From positions 736,001 to 800,000 of the forward strand of contig OY970342.1 in the NCBI GenBank assembly GCA_963717505.1: a stretch of DNA of 64,000 bases, read 5' to 3'. The translations under genes and the position numbers were made by a program. Source of the DNA: Candidatus Eiseniibacteriota bacterium (GTDB lineage Bacteria; Eisenbacteria; RBG-16-71-46). This document shows positions 63,394 to 64,000 of the stretch, one piece after another. Below the pieces are notes generated by a model. It saw nothing but the letters and a program-made list of their open reading frames with translations, did no database searches and had not been told where the DNA came from. Positions within the stretch are counted from its first letter, which is position 1. Each line of letters starts with the position of its first letter.

Positions 63394-64000
63394 TCAATTA
63401 TCGGCCGGAGCATGGCCAGCCGGGAAGTAGGCGTGACTCGGTCTGCGATAGAGCAGGCGAAACCCCAGGCGCGCCATGTTGCGAAACGATGCATTGGGCT
63501 TCTCGGGCAGGTCGTCCGCGGTCTCGCTGGTCACCCATTCGCACCCGCCCGCCCGGGCGTCGGCGACTCGCCGGGCGATCATCGCCGACTGCCACCCGCG
63601 GCCTCTATGCGTCGCCAGCGTTCCGCCCCAGCCCAACCAGCCCATGCCGTCTTGCGCGAAAAGGGCGCCGATTGCCACCGCGTGTTCGCCGTCGTAACCG
63701 ATGTAGTGGGTCCAGCCGGCGCGGCCCATGGTGCAGACGAACCACGCCCCGATTCCCGGTGGCTCGGTGGAAAAGATCTGCTTCGCCAGGTCGGCGAAGA
63801 CGATGCCCTGCTCCGGTCCCACGGCCTCGATCTGCAGTCGGCCGACGGCTGCGGTCGGTTCATGTGTCTCCCGCACCCAGCGCACCCAGTTGAAGTAGGA
63901 ATGCAGCCCGCGTTCTTCGAGCCATTGGCTCACGCCGTCGGGCTCTGCCGAGGGCACCGGCTGAATGGAAAACGGGACCCGCCGGTCGTAGAGCGCGATC
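63394..64000 (-). CDS. GNAT family N-acetyltransferase, 5' end beyond the right edge
   Basis: TLATHRGRGWQSAMI, SFRNMARLGF; the frame stays open to the window end. Confidence 0.85.
   Translation of the reverse strand, partial: IALYDRRVPFSIQPVPSAEPDGVSQWLEERGLHSYFNWVRWVRETHEPTAAVGRLQIEAVGPEQGIVFADLAKQIFSTEPPGIGAWFVCTMGRAGWTHYIGYDGEHAVAIGALFAQDGMGWLGWGGTLATHRGRGWQSAMIARRVADARAGGCEWVTSETADDLPEKPNASFRNMARLGFRLLYRRPSHAYFPAGHAPADN

Overview
High-GC bacterial window. The gene style (FG-GAP and IPT proteins with a C-terminal FlgD/T9SS-like tail, tandem Ser/Thr kinase-PD40 genes, Tat-exported TldD) suggests Candidatus Eisenbacteria or a related FCB-side lineage; this is inference only. About 46 CDS can be supported; no rRNA, tRNA or CRISPR array was seen. 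Main points: (1) a tightly coupled operon with a FAD-linked dehydrogenase carrying four 4Fe-4S motifs and a 2173-aa domain-permuted glutamate-synthase-like protein, whose Ntn amidotransferase domain (ERDS|CRVG) is internal, and with no gltD in the window; (2) a TPP riboswitch heading a sodium:solute symporter and a TonB-dependent receptor; (3) an HNH nuclease gene preceded by an IS481-like end and a hairpin-rich leader, with in-frame AAC-stem-TCGC-stem-GTT palindromes and a related solo copy 23 kb away; (4) an integrase-less integron-like cassette array (putative attI, two attC sites); (5) a DUF3798 ABC transporter operon with an embedded M28 peptidase; (6) a DipZ-like thioredoxin lacking CxxC. 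At least seven small frameshifts in five otherwise intact genes point to long-read indel errors. Product calls come from recognised motifs, not database searches.
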